Below, in pieces: positions 29,743 to 40,132 of a stretch of 64,000 nucleotides of DNA (positions are counted from its first letter, which is position 1; each line of letters starts with the position of its first letter). The position numbers and the translations under genes are program-made. Source of the DNA: a virus. Taxonomy: Duplodnaviria; Caudoviricetes. The notes under the pieces are model-generated. The model did not search any database, had not been told where the DNA came from, and worked only from the letters and a program-made list of their open reading frames with translations. The DNA lies in the IMG/VR virus record IMGVR_UViG_3300037512_000871, positions 11,996-75,995 of that record. The stretch is one strand, 5' to 3'.

Positions 29743-31050
29743 TTATTCAGGTAAATCTCGAAAACCCTTGAAAATTGGGAATCTGAGGGAAGGTTTGCCT
29801 GTTGCATCGGTTGTTTCCTCGAAGTATTTCACGGTTATCTTGCGTCCGAGGTACTTATCAGGGTTGTTATAAAGGTCAATCCTAAGCTCGTCAGAAAGCC
29901 CACTGCCAACAGCGACAGGATTACCCTTATAACGAACAACCATAGCCCCAGCCAGTTTCGTTTCTTCCATTTGACCTGTTTTTACATTGAGGATATTCTT
30001 GGTGGTTCCTGTAATGTCCTCAATAATAAACTCGTCATCGGTGAACTTCTTGACCTTCAGCAAATCAGCAGTACGACCAGACTGATATGGGGCATCGGCA
30101 CGAAGAATCAGACCTTCCCATCCTTTACGTTCGACAAGCTGAGTTGCCTTATCGAAGTTCTCAGGCGTGTACTTACAATGCCCAATTACGCTGAACTTCG
30201 AGCTTGTGAAATTCTGAAACATGAACTCCAAAGCATTTAATCTCAGGCGGTAGGGTCTGTCTGATTTGATACCCAAGAACTCCTCCGGGGTAAGCATATC
30301 GAACATCTTGTAGTGCGGTTTGAGCATTGTCTCGTGCCGTCTGATTTCCGATACTGCCTGTTTGAAGTTCTCCTTGTTATTCTCGTCAATGACACAAAGC
30401 TCACCATCGAGATAACAGGAAGTGCCGAATCTCTTGAATACAGGCAACAGAGCCTCACGAAGTAACTCCAAAGAAGTATAAGGATGCCCAATACGAGAGA
30501 AGAAGTTGACTGCATTTGTGCTTGCCTTATACTCACAAATCAACCTTACTCCGTCCAGTTTACGTGTGATGATATAGGGGGTTGTTTCGACACGCTTGCT
30601 GAAGGTCGGGCTTTTATGAATATCGTGAGCTAAGGCAACTTCAAACACAGGTATCTTCAAGTCCATACAGGCATTGATAGTCTTGGTGTCTGCTCCGATT
30701 TTCAGGTCTTTATCGAAAATCTTATACAGTACATCTTCGTATTCATTACCTGCCTGACGAATGAAACTGGCACAGTAATCAAGAGCCTCGTTACCACTAA
30801 GCGCACGAGAAGCCAAGCGTTGTAGAATGTAGACCAAGCTCGTATCGTTGCTCATGGTGATTGACGGTGTGAACTTTCTGATTGAGTTTGAAGTAACACC
30901 GAGCGTAGTCATTGGGTTATACAAGATGGACAGAAGCTCACGTACTACTCCGTTTTTCGAGTAATACTTCAAGCATTCTTTCTTGTGGCTTTGCTTGTTG
31001 CTCGTGTTCATGGCACTCACAAACTGCTTGATAATTGGTAAAGTTTGCAT
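29743..31050 (-). CDS. ATP-dependent DNA ligase
   Basis: KLDGVR, YLDGEL, FD, EGLILR, LLKVK, VGSG, LRFP motifs. Confidence 0.93.
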   Translation of the reverse strand: MQTLPIIKQFVSAMNTSNKQSHKKECLKYYSKNGVVRELLSILYNPMTTLGVTSNSIRKFTPSITMSNDTSLVYILQRLASRALSGNEALDYCASFIRQAGNEYEDVLYKIFDKDLKIGADTKTINACMDLKIPVFEVALAHDIHKSPTFSKRVETTPYIITRKLDGVRLICEYKASTNAVNFFSRIGHPYTSLELLREALLPVFKRFGTSCYLDGELCVIDENNKENFKQAVSEIRRHETMLKPHYKMFDMLTPEEFLGIKSDRPYRLRLNALEFMFQNFTSSKFSVIGHCKYTPENFDKATQLVERKGWEGLILRADAPYQSGRTADLLKVKKFTDDEFIIEDITGTTKNILNVKTGQMEETKLAGAMVVRYKGNPVAVGSGLSDELRIDLYNNPDKYLGRKITVKYFEETTDATGKPSLRFPIFKGFRDLPE

Positions 31051-31384
31051 GATATTTAATCCTATCAAAGTTGTCGCATACGATTACTTGGTCTTCATAA
31101 CTCAGGCGTTTCACTACGTCAAATAATGAAAGCAAATACCTGACCAAGAAGTTTACATTATAATCGTTTGCAGTTAGTTGTTCGTTGAGTTGTTTTCTTG
31201 TTGTATTGACGTTTGAGTTGGTGAAATGTGACAGGAAATCAAGGTCGTGTGCCATAAGCAACCTTCTGTCCACCGAGTAGTTGATTTCGTTGCAAGTATC
31301 ACATAGAAAATCAATTAGCTTGGTAGGATAGCGTTTCTTTACGGCACACAACATATCTATCGGGTCATAAAACAGAACTTCCAT
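30938..31384 (-). CDS. hypothetical protein (3' end overlaps ligase start)
   Basis: Fills the gap between HAD gene and ligase. Confidence 0.5.
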   Translation of the reverse strand: MEVLFYDPIDMLCAVKKRYPTKLIDFLCDTCNEINYSVDRRLLMAHDLDFLSHFTNSNVNTTRKQLNEQLTANDYNVNFLVRYLLSLFDVVKRLSYEDQVIVCDNFDRIKYHANFTNYQAVCECHEHEQQAKPQERMLEVLLEKRSST

Positions 31385-32000
31385 TTTTCTTCATAAGTTC
31401 TATTTTGTGGTTGAGATACCAGACCGCTTTTTCCAAATCCTCAACCGCATCACCCTTCTTCCCTGCTCTGAGGATGTATTTGAGTGCGTTACCGACTGAG
31501 AAATCGTACTTGTCTGTAATCTCAATGACCTCAAGACCGAAGGGAGTATCAGTGTAATGTTTGGGGTGGTTTACGGCGTCTGCTTTTGACAGAGCGTGTT
31601 GCGGTTTAATATCATAGTCCATATAGGGTGGGTAGGACTTCTTTTCGTGCATAACAACAGGCGCATCGTTGACAATAGGCGCATCATCCTCAATAGGGAC
31701 AGTAAAGTTATGGTCATCCAAGTAGAAATCACCATACACCTTACGTGGGTTGTTCTGCCACTCTGCTTTAAGGCGGTCGAGGTTATCGTTTACGGCATCA
31801 GGTTTAAGCCCGATACTTGTCAACCATTCCAAAGCCTCTTTCAGCCTGTCTCCTTCTCGCATCGTCCAAAGAATCCACTCGTTATGAGGAGAGTTTTGAA
31901 CGTATTTCCGCAAGAAGTCCGTATTGCGTTTGATTTCCTTACCAATGGCAGGGAACTTATTTTCACACAACGTACCGTCAAAATCAACAACAAAAATCAT
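31365..32000 (-). CDS. HAD-family hydrolase fused to DUF3310
   Basis: VDFDGTL, ILWTMR, YLDD; C-terminal DAVNHPKHY...GNALKYILRAGKK..EDLEKAVWYL. Confidence 0.85.
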   Translation of the reverse strand: MIFVVDFDGTLCENKFPAIGKEIKRNTDFLRKYVQNSPHNEWILWTMREGDRLKEALEWLTSIGLKPDAVNDNLDRLKAEWQNNPRKVYGDFYLDDHNFTVPIEDDAPIVNDAPVVMHEKKSYPPYMDYDIKPQHALSKADAVNHPKHYTDTPFGLEVIEITDKYDFSVGNALKYILRAGKKGDAVEDLEKAVWYLNHKIELMKKNGSSVL

Positions 32001-32953
32001 TATTTCACCTCGAACGCACAGGCAAGCATATACGTCAGACCGCACTTACCTGCATTAAAGAAAGGATTAAGGAAACACTCAGCAATACGAACCATACGCG
32101 CCCTGTCCGTTGCGGATTTGGAGTTAATCATGCAAGCGTTGAGATAGCCGAGAATAGCCATACGCACCGTTTCTTCCTGACCGCTATATGCTTTCAGGAA
32201 CGATACGATTTCTTCCCATGTACCTCTTTTGCTTACGATTGACTTGCAAAGAGCGCGTGTATCGGCTTCAAGTTTTTCACCTGTACCGCCCTGCATCTCA
32301 ATCGCCTTGTCAACATTACCGCCATTGAGTGCATAGTTTTCAAGAATCTGCAACGATACTCTGGCAGACGATTCAGAGTTCAATGCAATCTTTTTCATAG
32401 CTTCATCGTCAATCTTAATCCCGGTCTTTTGAACAACACGACCAAGATTCTTATAGATGGCAGACGGAGTTAATGGTTTGATTGGCAGAACCTTACAACG
32501 GCTCTTCAATGCTTTAGGCATCTTGGAAGCATCGGTCGTACAGAAGAAAACAAACGTGCATGGCGGAACCTCTTCACAATTCCGCAACAGAGCCTCGAAA
32601 CAGATAGGAGTAAGACCCTGCATCTCGTCAATAATATAGACCCTGCCCTTGGAGGTTCTTGTCATAGGATAAGTACCCCACATGTCAACAAAGGCTCTTA
32701 TATTATCAATCGAACGGTCTTTACTGGCATCGAGAATCTGCACATCACCGAGTGAGGCATTACAACCAATCGCTTTAGCAAACACGTAAGCGGCTGTCGT
32801 TTTGCCACATCCAAACTGTCCTTCAAGCAGAAAGACCCTCGGCTGTGTTTTATCATCTGTGTGTTCTGCGACATGTTTCAGGATTGCCACAGCTTCATCC
32901 TGACCTACAATTTCGTCAAAGGTGGTAGGTCTCATTTCGTTGTATAATGACAT
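32000..32953 (-). CDS. clamp loader subunit (DnaX/RFC-like AAA+)
   Basis: RPTTFDEIVGQ, GQFGCGKTT, IIDE, SRC motif. Confidence 0.88.
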   Translation of the reverse strand: MSLYNEMRPTTFDEIVGQDEAVAILKHVAEHTDDKTQPRVFLLEGQFGCGKTTAAYVFAKAIGCNASLGDVQILDASKDRSIDNIRAFVDMWGTYPMTRTSKGRVYIIDEMQGLTPICFEALLRNCEEVPPCTFVFFCTTDASKMPKALKSRCKVLPIKPLTPSAIYKNLGRVVQKTGIKIDDEAMKKIALNSESSARVSLQILENYALNGGNVDKAIEMQGGTGEKLEADTRALCKSIVSKRGTWEEIVSFLKAYSGQEETVRMAILGYLNACMINSKSATDRARMVRIAECFLNPFFNAGKCGLTYMLACAFEVK

Positions 32954-32963
32954 TTACGTCTCC

Positions 32964-34340
32964 TTATGAATGTTTGATTTCGCCCATTTCTTCAAGGTCA
33001 GCCCAAGAAGCACCGGGTTTGCCTAAGTCAGCTTCAACGGCAATAGGATAAACAATCCATGACCATTCTTTTCTGACCTCGGCTTGACTTTCGATGTAAA
33101 GGTCGCAGATTGTCTGATACTCGTTAGGAACAATATCCATAACGGCTGAATCGTGAATCTGCCCGATAATAAGTGATTTGAGTTTGTACTTGATGAACTT
33201 TCGCTGTAAATGAATCAGCGTGTTCAGAAGCACATGGAAAGCGGAACCTTGAACTACGGTGTTGATAGCCTGTGTTTTAGCCATCTTCATCGTAACCCTG
33301 AATCCTGTCGGGTAGTCAAGATAACCCTGCTTCTTGTATAGCTCCCACTGCTTTTCCTTCCATTCGCCGTAGAACTTGAACAGGTCAAACCAGAACCATT
33401 CGTATTCCTTTTGGGTGTGGGTCAGCATATCGTCAAACGTATTGATTCCACGCTGTTTAAGGTGTTCGAGGATTGGCTGTCCTGTTCCTGTGTTCGGGTT
33501 GTCCTCTGTAACGAAGTCCCAAAGGTTACGAGCCATTGATTCAAACCCTGCACCGTAAAACCCTGCAAAGACGAATCTGCCTTTAACGGATTTACGAAGA
33601 GCTTTGCACATTTCGTTGTCTTGGAGCATGTAATAGTGCTTTTCAACCTCACTGTGCATGTCGGCGTTCGGGTCTGACAGGAAACGTAACATGTTCGGGT
33701 CATGGTGAATCGAGCAACCACAAGACACCTCATTGGCACGTAAATCCAGTTCAACCAAGCATCTGTCTTTGGAACGAGGCAAGAAACCTGTACGAACAAT
33801 GTGCTTCTGGAAGTCGTTGTTCTTAGGCATCTGTTGCAGGTTCGGGTTTACACAGCTTGACCGATAAGTACGTACCGTGTGAAGCATAAACTCAGGGTGG
33901 ATAAAACCGTTCTCATCCACCTCCTGAATCGACTTGCTGATAATGCTCTGCCACAGGATTTTGAGTTGGCTTCGCTTCAGGAGTAGGCTTGATTCTTCGT
34001 AAGGCAGTTTTTCAATAACTGACTTGTCTACGGAATCATTACCCTTCTCTGTCTTGCGGAACTTATCAAAACCACTGGCTTGCAGTACGTTACGAATCTG
34101 TGAGGAGCTGTCAATGTCGGCTTTGTAACCGTACTTGCTCAACCATAACTGCCCCAATTTAGTCTCATTAAGAAACTTATCTTTGAGGCTATCGCACTCT
34201 TTGATAATCGTTTCCCTCTGAGATTGAAGATAAGGAACGTCAATGTACATGCCGTTATTGCTGACTTGTGTAAGAACGTCCTCACCTTGCATCAGGAGCC
34301 TGAAAGCATCTGATGTAACTGGTACTGCTTGTGAGGTCAT
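32964..34340 (-). CDS. family A DNA polymerase, polymerase domain
   Basis: TYRSSCVNPNLQQMP, motif A DLRANE, motif B R...K....FYG, motif C QIHDS. Confidence 0.9.
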   Translation of the reverse strand: MTSQAVPVTSDAFRLLMQGEDVLTQVSNNGMYIDVPYLQSQRETIIKECDSLKDKFLNETKLGQLWLSKYGYKADIDSSSQIRNVLQASGFDKFRKTEKGNDSVDKSVIEKLPYEESSLLLKRSQLKILWQSIISKSIQEVDENGFIHPEFMLHTVRTYRSSCVNPNLQQMPKNNDFQKHIVRTGFLPRSKDRCLVELDLRANEVSCGCSIHHDPNMLRFLSDPNADMHSEVEKHYYMLQDNEMCKALRKSVKGRFVFAGFYGAGFESMARNLWDFVTEDNPNTGTGQPILEHLKQRGINTFDDMLTHTQKEYEWFWFDLFKFYGEWKEKQWELYKKQGYLDYPTGFRVTMKMAKTQAINTVVQGSAFHVLLNTLIHLQRKFIKYKLKSLIIGQIHDSAVMDIVPNEYQTICDLYIESQAEVRKEWSWIVYPIAVEADLGKPGASWADLEEMGEIKHS

Positions 34341-35560
34341 GGCTCCTCCGGGAATGAGTTATAGAAGTTTTTGAGTTGGTCAAGTAACACGATTGCTGTA
34401 CGATACTCAACCAAAGAATCTATTGCATTATACGTCAGCAATACCCTCTTCGGTATACGGTGAATTGTGTTGATTGCGTAAGTTCCGTACAGTTTAATGT
34501 CCTTATCGCTGGGTTTCAATTCAGCTTCAACGTTAGCGTTCCAAACCGTAGTACCAATGAAGATAGGTGCTAAGAACTTGATTGACAGACCGCCCATATC
34601 TCTGTTATCCAAAGCATGAGCAAGAAGCATGGTGTCGATATTCAGCAGAGCCGGATTCGTACCAAGTTTCACAATACTCCAAAGCCTCTCGAAGTGTGAG
34701 TTGTGTGCAATTTTTAGAATGTGTGTCGTTCTGAGCCACTCCGTAAATTTTGGAATCGTATTAGAATCCAACATAAAGGCGTAGCTCAAATCACTGTTCT
34801 CGCAAATAGACACAGACCACAGCTTCGAGTTATGGTTGTAGGGACGTAAGCAGTTTGTCTCATAATCGAAAGCACTCATACGGCGTTTTGGATTCTTTAT
34901 CATTTCGTCCATAACGCTGACAGCATCCGAATCCGTAAGAATCTTGACGCACTCGGTTTCTTCCTTCCAAATGCGCCGAGGTTCTTTCAGGCTGTCAAGG
35001 GCGATTTTAATATCTCGTTTAATGAGCAAATCGTCTATACTGTCCGGTCTGTTGCCTTTCACGTTAGAGTGTGGAGTAAAAGTTGACATGATGTTGCACT
35101 CAAACTCCCTGCTGTTGTGAAGCAAACCGTGAACAGCTTGACAGGATGCGTCTTTTTCGACAACTCTGCTGAACAGTACCTTTGCAGACAAATCACCGAA
35201 AGCTATGATAAGGTTTGGTTTGAGCTTCTTGATTGTCTGTTTCAGGTAAGGAAAACAGCATTGTGCCTGTGTAGCCGTAATTGTGTTTCCGTAGCAAGCC
35301 ACCGTTGATGTAACCCAGCAATCCAAGGAGATGTCAACACCGTAAGAGGCTAACACGTCCTTAATCCAACTGAATCTGTCCCCAATAGCATACGTCTTGC
35401 TTGTCTGCTGAATCGGGTCTTGTTTTTCAAGTAGGATAAGGATGCGTTTCTTCCCCTCACCGTATAACATCAGCTTGGAGTTCTTGATTAGGTGGCATGA
35501 CGCACAGTTAGGCTCGTCATACTCAACCCTGCCCATAGATGCTGGCATTACAATTTTCAT
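34337..35560 (-). CDS. uracil-DNA-glycosylase-like plus 3'-5' exonuclease protein (N-terminal half of split PolA)
   Basis: CxxC Fe-S UDG-like N-terminus (KPNLIIAFG); exonuclease motifs FDYET, AHNSHFE, DTML, YNAID. Confidence 0.82.
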   Translation of the reverse strand: MKIVMPASMGRVEYDEPNCASCHLIKNSKLMLYGEGKKRILILLEKQDPIQQTSKTYAIGDRFSWIKDVLASYGVDISLDCWVTSTVACYGNTITATQAQCCFPYLKQTIKKLKPNLIIAFGDLSAKVLFSRVVEKDASCQAVHGLLHNSREFECNIMSTFTPHSNVKGNRPDSIDDLLIKRDIKIALDSLKEPRRIWKEETECVKILTDSDAVSVMDEMIKNPKRRMSAFDYETNCLRPYNHNSKLWSVSICENSDLSYAFMLDSNTIPKFTEWLRTTHILKIAHNSHFERLWSIVKLGTNPALLNIDTMLLAHALDNRDMGGLSIKFLAPIFIGTTVWNANVEAELKPSDKDIKLYGTYAINTIHRIPKRVLLTYNAIDSLVEYRTAIVLLDQLKNFYNSFPEEP

Positions 35561-36720
35561 CAGTCTTCCTCGTACAGAACAGCGATAGCCTTGAACAGAG
35601 GATTACCAGTAGGAGTACCATTATCCGTACTGCCGATAACAGTGAGCTTGCCGTCATAGGTGCGGAAATATTCACCGTACTTAATCAGGGATTCGAGCAG
35701 TTTGAAGCTGACCGTGAATCTGATTGTCTCATTGACTTTCGGAATATCACAGCGTTCATAGATACGGCTCCCATCTTCACGAACCGCAGTCAGGATAAAA
35801 TAGGAAATGTCTGGCGGAGCCTCGATTGTTTCCTGTTTCGTCTTGATTGTGTTGCAGATATGAACAGTAACGCGCTTGACCTTATTGTTGTTGCCGCTGA
35901 ATGGGTTAGCCCTGTCCATAGCTTCTTCAACGCTCTTATTGATACGGAATACAGGACTATTGCCGGGCTCAAGCACAGATTCCATGTAGTTCGCATCGAA
36001 AGCGTTATCAGAGCGTGTCCTTGAAGAGAAGATAACACCGTCAGCAGTACGCATGTGAAGCCAACCGTTCTTGATACAATATTTCGGTCTGCCTTTCATT
36101 GGGTCGATAGCCATGTACTTCTGAACGAAAGTCTGGGATTCGCTGTGGATAAAGACGGTTTCCTTGATGGAGAAAGCGTCAATACCCTGCTGTTTCATAT
36201 CGAAGCAAGCGAATCTGTCCTTTCCGTTATAACCGTACATCTTGCCATCGTTCACTGCAACATGGCTGTACTGGTTATCACTCTTATCCGAAGCCCAAGC
36301 GGTGTATTGCATAGCCGTAACAAAGGAATCGGGGAGTTCATGCCAGTTATCCTCGTCCGTTTCAAGGTATTCTTCATCAAAGTCAATATCGTCTCTGATT
36401 GCAAACTCGACACGGCTCTTATCACCTGCCTTGACACCAAGAGTACCATTCGGCGTGACACCAACCATAATCTCTTTTTCTTTGAGTTTACGGAGATAGT
36501 CATACAGAAGGGCAAACTCAACGTCAATACATCTTGCGTCAAAGTTCAGCTCGGAAGGAATCACAAGCATAAACTGATTCGAGATACAGTGAATCCGACC
36601 ATGTTGAATAATGACATATTTGGAGGGGTCGGTGTTCTCTGTGGTATCGGGTTTGATGATTTCCTTGATGATGCCCAGAGCCTTCAAAATGTCAGCCCGG
36701 TTGACGGTAGCTACGTTCAT
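35560..36720 (-). CDS. sliding clamp (DnaN/beta-like)
   Basis: 386 aa, three-domain alpha/beta periodicity, VNRADILKAL start, adjacent to polymerase and near clamp loader. Confidence 0.6.
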   Translation of the reverse strand: MNVATVNRADILKALGIIKEIIKPDTTENTDPSKYVIIQHGRIHCISNQFMLVIPSELNFDARCIDVEFALLYDYLRKLKEKEIMVGVTPNGTLGVKAGDKSRVEFAIRDDIDFDEEYLETDEDNWHELPDSFVTAMQYTAWASDKSDNQYSHVAVNDGKMYGYNGKDRFACFDMKQQGIDAFSIKETVFIHSESQTFVQKYMAIDPMKGRPKYCIKNGWLHMRTADGVIFSSRTRSDNAFDANYMESVLEPGNSPVFRINKSVEEAMDRANPFSGNNNKVKRVTVHICNTIKTKQETIEAPPDISYFILTAVREDGSRIYERCDIPKVNETIRFTVSFKLLESLIKYGEYFRTYDGKLTVIGSTDNGTPTGNPLFKAIAVLYEED

Positions 36721-36729
36721 TGTTTCTCC

Positions 36730-37209
36730 TTAAAGTTTGGTTGTTAAGTTAAGTGAGTAAGTGTTTCCATCGTTTGTCGTTATAACTGAAACCCTCTTTG
36801 AGCCGAGCAGATTCAGCATATCCTTGACTTCCTGTTCGAGTGCTTCACTGTCTGCACCCATTTTAGAGGCAAGCAGAGCAAGGATTTTTTCGATAGTGAA
36901 GAGGGATGCATTCTGAAGCAAGATAACCTCGACCACCATATCTTCAAGAGTTGTTTCGGTCTTGTTTTCCATGATAGATTCGGGTGTTTCAAGCCCAAGC
37001 TCGTTTTGCATAAAGGTTACGTCTTCCTTGTCGAATGAACGTACTTCCCTCTGCGATAACTGCTTGATTGTCGAACACAAGAGACGTTTCAATCTGCCTG
37101 TGTTCGACTTATGCGCCGATTCAATTTCCTTTGTTGAAAAATTGAATAACGAGGCTATCTTGTCAAATATCTCAATAAGTTTGCGGCGGTCCGTATCAGT
37201 CTTCGTCAT
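36730..37209 (-). CDS. hypothetical protein, possible C-terminal winged helix
   Basis: RBS GAGG before ATG 37209. Confidence 0.5.
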   Translation of the reverse strand: MTKTDTDRRKLIEIFDKIASLFNFSTKEIESAHKSNTGRLKRLLCSTIKQLSQREVRSFDKEDVTFMQNELGLETPESIMENKTETTLEDMVVEVILLQNASLFTIEKILALLASKMGADSEALEQEVKDMLNLLGSKRVSVITTNDGNTYSLNLTTKL

Positions 37210-37504
37210 CGTCAACCTCTTCAGCATCAGCAATTTTAAGACTGTCACTAAGCATATCAATAATAGCTTTTCTGACGAGATATGCCTGAGTTGCGTCAGC
37301 GTCTTCCTGAAGTTTACTGACAGTTTCTTCAAGTTTATCCATGCGCTCACAAAGTTCATTAAGAACACCAATCGTGAATTTCTTGAAGTTGTTGTTACGC
37401 ACATCAGCATTCAGTTCGTGGATTGCTTCTTTATCAACAATGCCGACCTTCTTGCAGACGTTAGCGAGTTTCTTTGCGGAGATTTTCTTGATAGTGAGTT
37501 TCAT
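37196..37504 (-). CDS. hypothetical protein
   Basis: RBS GAGG; in operon. Confidence 0.6.
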   Translation of the reverse strand: MKLTIKKISAKKLANVCKKVGIVDKEAIHELNADVRNNNFKKFTIGVLNELCERMDKLEETVSKLQEDADATQAYLVRKAIIDMLSDSLKIADAEEVDDDED

Positions 37505-37507
37505 GTT

Positions 37508-39046
37508 TTACCTCGTGGTTGGTTTTGGTAGTTCAGCGAAATTATGGACACTTAGAATGTGAGGCGTCCCACAAGCCAAGCATCCGTAAAGTTTAGCCTG
37601 TTGTCGTTCATCATAAGGAGATTCACGTTTAAGTAATGCCGCAATTCTCCAAATGTTCTTGATTCGCTCTTCGGGTGTCTGATTAATAGCGTAAAGGGCA
37701 GAACAGTTATCAATCTTACGTTTATCCTCAGAGAACGATGCCAACGTCAAATCCTCTGTATTAAAGCCTGTTGCGTTGGATTGCGTAGCCGTAACAACAA
37801 GGCATTTGAATATATCGGCATAAGCACGTATTGACCGCCACCTCTGATTGACAGCTTCTCGTGGGTCTCTTCCTTCGGTTGCCATAGCGTCAATATAGTC
37901 TATAACAACCACGTCAGGATGCTCCCAACCGAGCTTCTTGCAGATATTCTTTGTCAGTGTAACCAGACCGCTATACGTAAGAGAACCTAATGGGAACTGC
38001 TCAACGTACAGACTGCCTTTGTGTTTCTGATTGACCCAAGAATCACGCATGAGTTTGGCAATATCGGGTGTCAGAATAGGATTATGCACCTGACGATAAG
38101 ACACAGCTTCCTTATATTCCTTGCAAGCTTTATCATCACAGGGGATATATTCGTCACTTGTGATAACAGGTCTATCAGGAATATCGTTCCATTCGTTGAG
38201 AAGACTGCCACTGCCTTTACGCTCAAAACAAGTGCCTTTTTGGTTCTTTACGCAATCCAAACAAGGTATGAATTGTTTATCCGCATATTCAGGTGAGGTG
38301 GAAGTTTTGGCATCACCGCAGAGGATTCGTTTGTTGACCTGATTTTTGGTAAGGTCTCCGCAACTGATGAAGAGGGTTTTGTTTCCCTGATTACGTGCTA
38401 CTCTGGCGGTATAAATGAGCATGTGAGATTTGCCCACCTTACCACGACCTTCAAACACAACAAAGGAATTTCTTGTAAGCGTATTGTTCATAAGCCTACC
38501 TAATTCACCCTCGAAGGAAATCAGCCGTTCATCCTCTTGACGGAACAAATCATCAATCTCGGAATCAGTGGCTTGCAGAATATCGGTTGAATTGACTACG
38601 ACAGGCTTAATCTCATCAACAGCGTTAAGGAGTTGTTTCGCCTCATCGAGTTTACCTGATTCTACTAATGCACTGGCTTCTTCCGAGGACAGCTTAATGA
38701 TTTGAGCCTGAAAGTAGTTGTAAGCCTCGTCAATCTCAACCTGAATGTCGGTAATCGGTTCCTGATTGGCAAACGAAGACAGGACAATCTGTATCTCGGA
38801 TGCCACTTCGGGTTTGATTTTACCTAATGCAACCTGATTCTTAAAGACGCGCTCGAACTTATCTTCCGGTGCGGTGTGGAATTTATTGAAGAAGACAATG
38901 CAGATACGAGCCATGACAGAGTAGTACCGATTCGACAGTACGCCCTGTTTGTACTTATCCGCAAACTCTTCAAGGAACTGTGTGGAGTTGACCATATCAT
39001 AAACGATACGTAACTCCAAATCAGCCGTAGCCTCAATTATTTCCAT
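37508..39046 (-). CDS. DnaB-like replicative helicase with Cys-rich insertion
   Basis: GRGKVGKS, VVIDYID, TATQSN, SEDKRK. Confidence 0.85.
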   Translation of the reverse strand: MEIIEATADLELRIVYDMVNSTQFLEEFADKYKQGVLSNRYYSVMARICIVFFNKFHTAPEDKFERVFKNQVALGKIKPEVASEIQIVLSSFANQEPITDIQVEIDEAYNYFQAQIIKLSSEEASALVESGKLDEAKQLLNAVDEIKPVVVNSTDILQATDSEIDDLFRQEDERLISFEGELGRLMNNTLTRNSFVVFEGRGKVGKSHMLIYTARVARNQGNKTLFISCGDLTKNQVNKRILCGDAKTSTSPEYADKQFIPCLDCVKNQKGTCFERKGSGSLLNEWNDIPDRPVITSDEYIPCDDKACKEYKEAVSYRQVHNPILTPDIAKLMRDSWVNQKHKGSLYVEQFPLGSLTYSGLVTLTKNICKKLGWEHPDVVVIDYIDAMATEGRDPREAVNQRWRSIRAYADIFKCLVVTATQSNATGFNTEDLTLASFSEDKRKIDNCSALYAINQTPEERIKNIWRIAALLKRESPYDERQQAKLYGCLACGTPHILSVHNFAELPKPTTR

Positions 39047-39648
39047 TCGTTCACAACCTCGTATTGGTTAGTCATTTCAGCAAGGCGCATGGCAATCTTA
39101 GGCTGTGCAGGTAATTCCGTTGCAGTCATAAGAATCCGTTTCCCTGCACCGTGAAGCGTCTTAATAATGTGGTAGACGTATTCGTAGGTGTAATTGTTAT
39201 CCACGTAGAAATCGTCAATGGCAACAACACCACATCCCAGCATATCGGACGTAATCTTGCTGTAGGATTCCGGCTTACATCTGAGTAGGCACATAATTTC
39301 AGACCAATCAAAGTATTTAACCTTGAAACCAGTCAGTACAGCCTCTTTCAGCATACCAACCATTTGATACGTTTTACCTACACCGGATTCACCATACCAA
39401 ATCGTTCCCTTGCTGAAATCGAGGGAGCTAATATCGTACATGGCAGTGGTAAGGTGTGCGGCTCTGTAAATGTTTGGTACGCCGAGTTTTATCATAAGCT
39501 GAATCATGGCAACGTTGCTCATTTCCTGCATACGGTTGAGCTTATGTGCGTTACAGTTCGGACACCACTGTTCAAGTTCTTCCACCTTTCCGTCAATGAG
39601 AAAGCGGAAATCGAGAAGAGAGGTATTACACTTCGGGCATTGGTTCAT
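39037..39648 (-). CDS. DnaC/IstB-like helicase loader
   Basis: N-terminal Zn ribbon, YGESGVGKT, VAIDD. Confidence 0.75.
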   Translation of the reverse strand: MNQCPKCNTSLLDFRFLIDGKVEELEQWCPNCNAHKLNRMQEMSNVAMIQLMIKLGVPNIYRAAHLTTAMYDISSLDFSKGTIWYGESGVGKTYQMVGMLKEAVLTGFKVKYFDWSEIMCLLRCKPESYSKITSDMLGCGVVAIDDFYVDNNYTYEYVYHIIKTLHGAGKRILMTATELPAQPKIAMRLAEMTNQYEVVNEWK

Positions 39649-39964
39649 TTTTATACCTCACGATGACAAGGCGTTTCGGGTGGTAGTATTTGTTTATGAC
39701 TTGAAGCTCTTTCGTTCCACCTGCTATGACGGAACGAACAATATCTTCACTTACGAGACGGTTGAGGGAGAAATACTCATTGTTGACCCACCGTGAGGTA
39801 GCCAATTTCTTAAAGAATATTTCAAGCTCGTCTCCTGTAAATGGTTTCAGGTACTCTTGCAGTTCAGCGTGTTTCGTACCCCTCGGAACCGCCATAGCTT
39901 TGTTCGTTATCTTGATTACCCTCTTCACAAACTCCGCTATTCCCTTGTTGTCGTATTGCGGCAT
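39626..39964 (-). CDS. hypothetical protein (possible initiator-related)
   Basis: RBS AAGGAG; precedes loader. Confidence 0.5.
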   Translation of the reverse strand: MPQYDNKGIAEFVKRVIKITNKAMAVPRGTKHAELQEYLKPFTGDELEIFFKKLATSRWVNNEYFSLNRLVSEDIVRSVIAGGTKELQVINKYYHPKRLVIVRYKNEPMPEV

Positions 39965-40118
39965 AACGTCTCCTTTGCTCTTGTTTGATTTGTTTGACGT
40001 AACGGTATATGGTTGCGGAAGAACGCCCTGTCCTTCTCACAATTTGAGGTTGACTGAAACCAAGATGAACAAGTCTTCTGATTTCTTCAACCTCTGATGG
40101 TGTTAAGGTATCTGGCAT
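39864..40118 (-). CDS. HTH DNA-binding protein
   Basis: GFSQPQIVRRTGRSSATIYRY. Confidence 0.7.
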   Translation of the reverse strand: MPDTLTPSEVEEIRRLVHLGFSQPQIVRRTGRSSATIYRYVKQIKQEQRRRYAAIRQQGNSGVCEEGNQDNEQSYGGSEGYETR

Positions 40119-40132
40119 TATATCTCCTTAGT

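Noticed and set aside
34337-34340. Intron or intein explaining the split polymerase
   Set aside because: No intervening sequence; the ORFs overlap by 4 nt with a strong RBS
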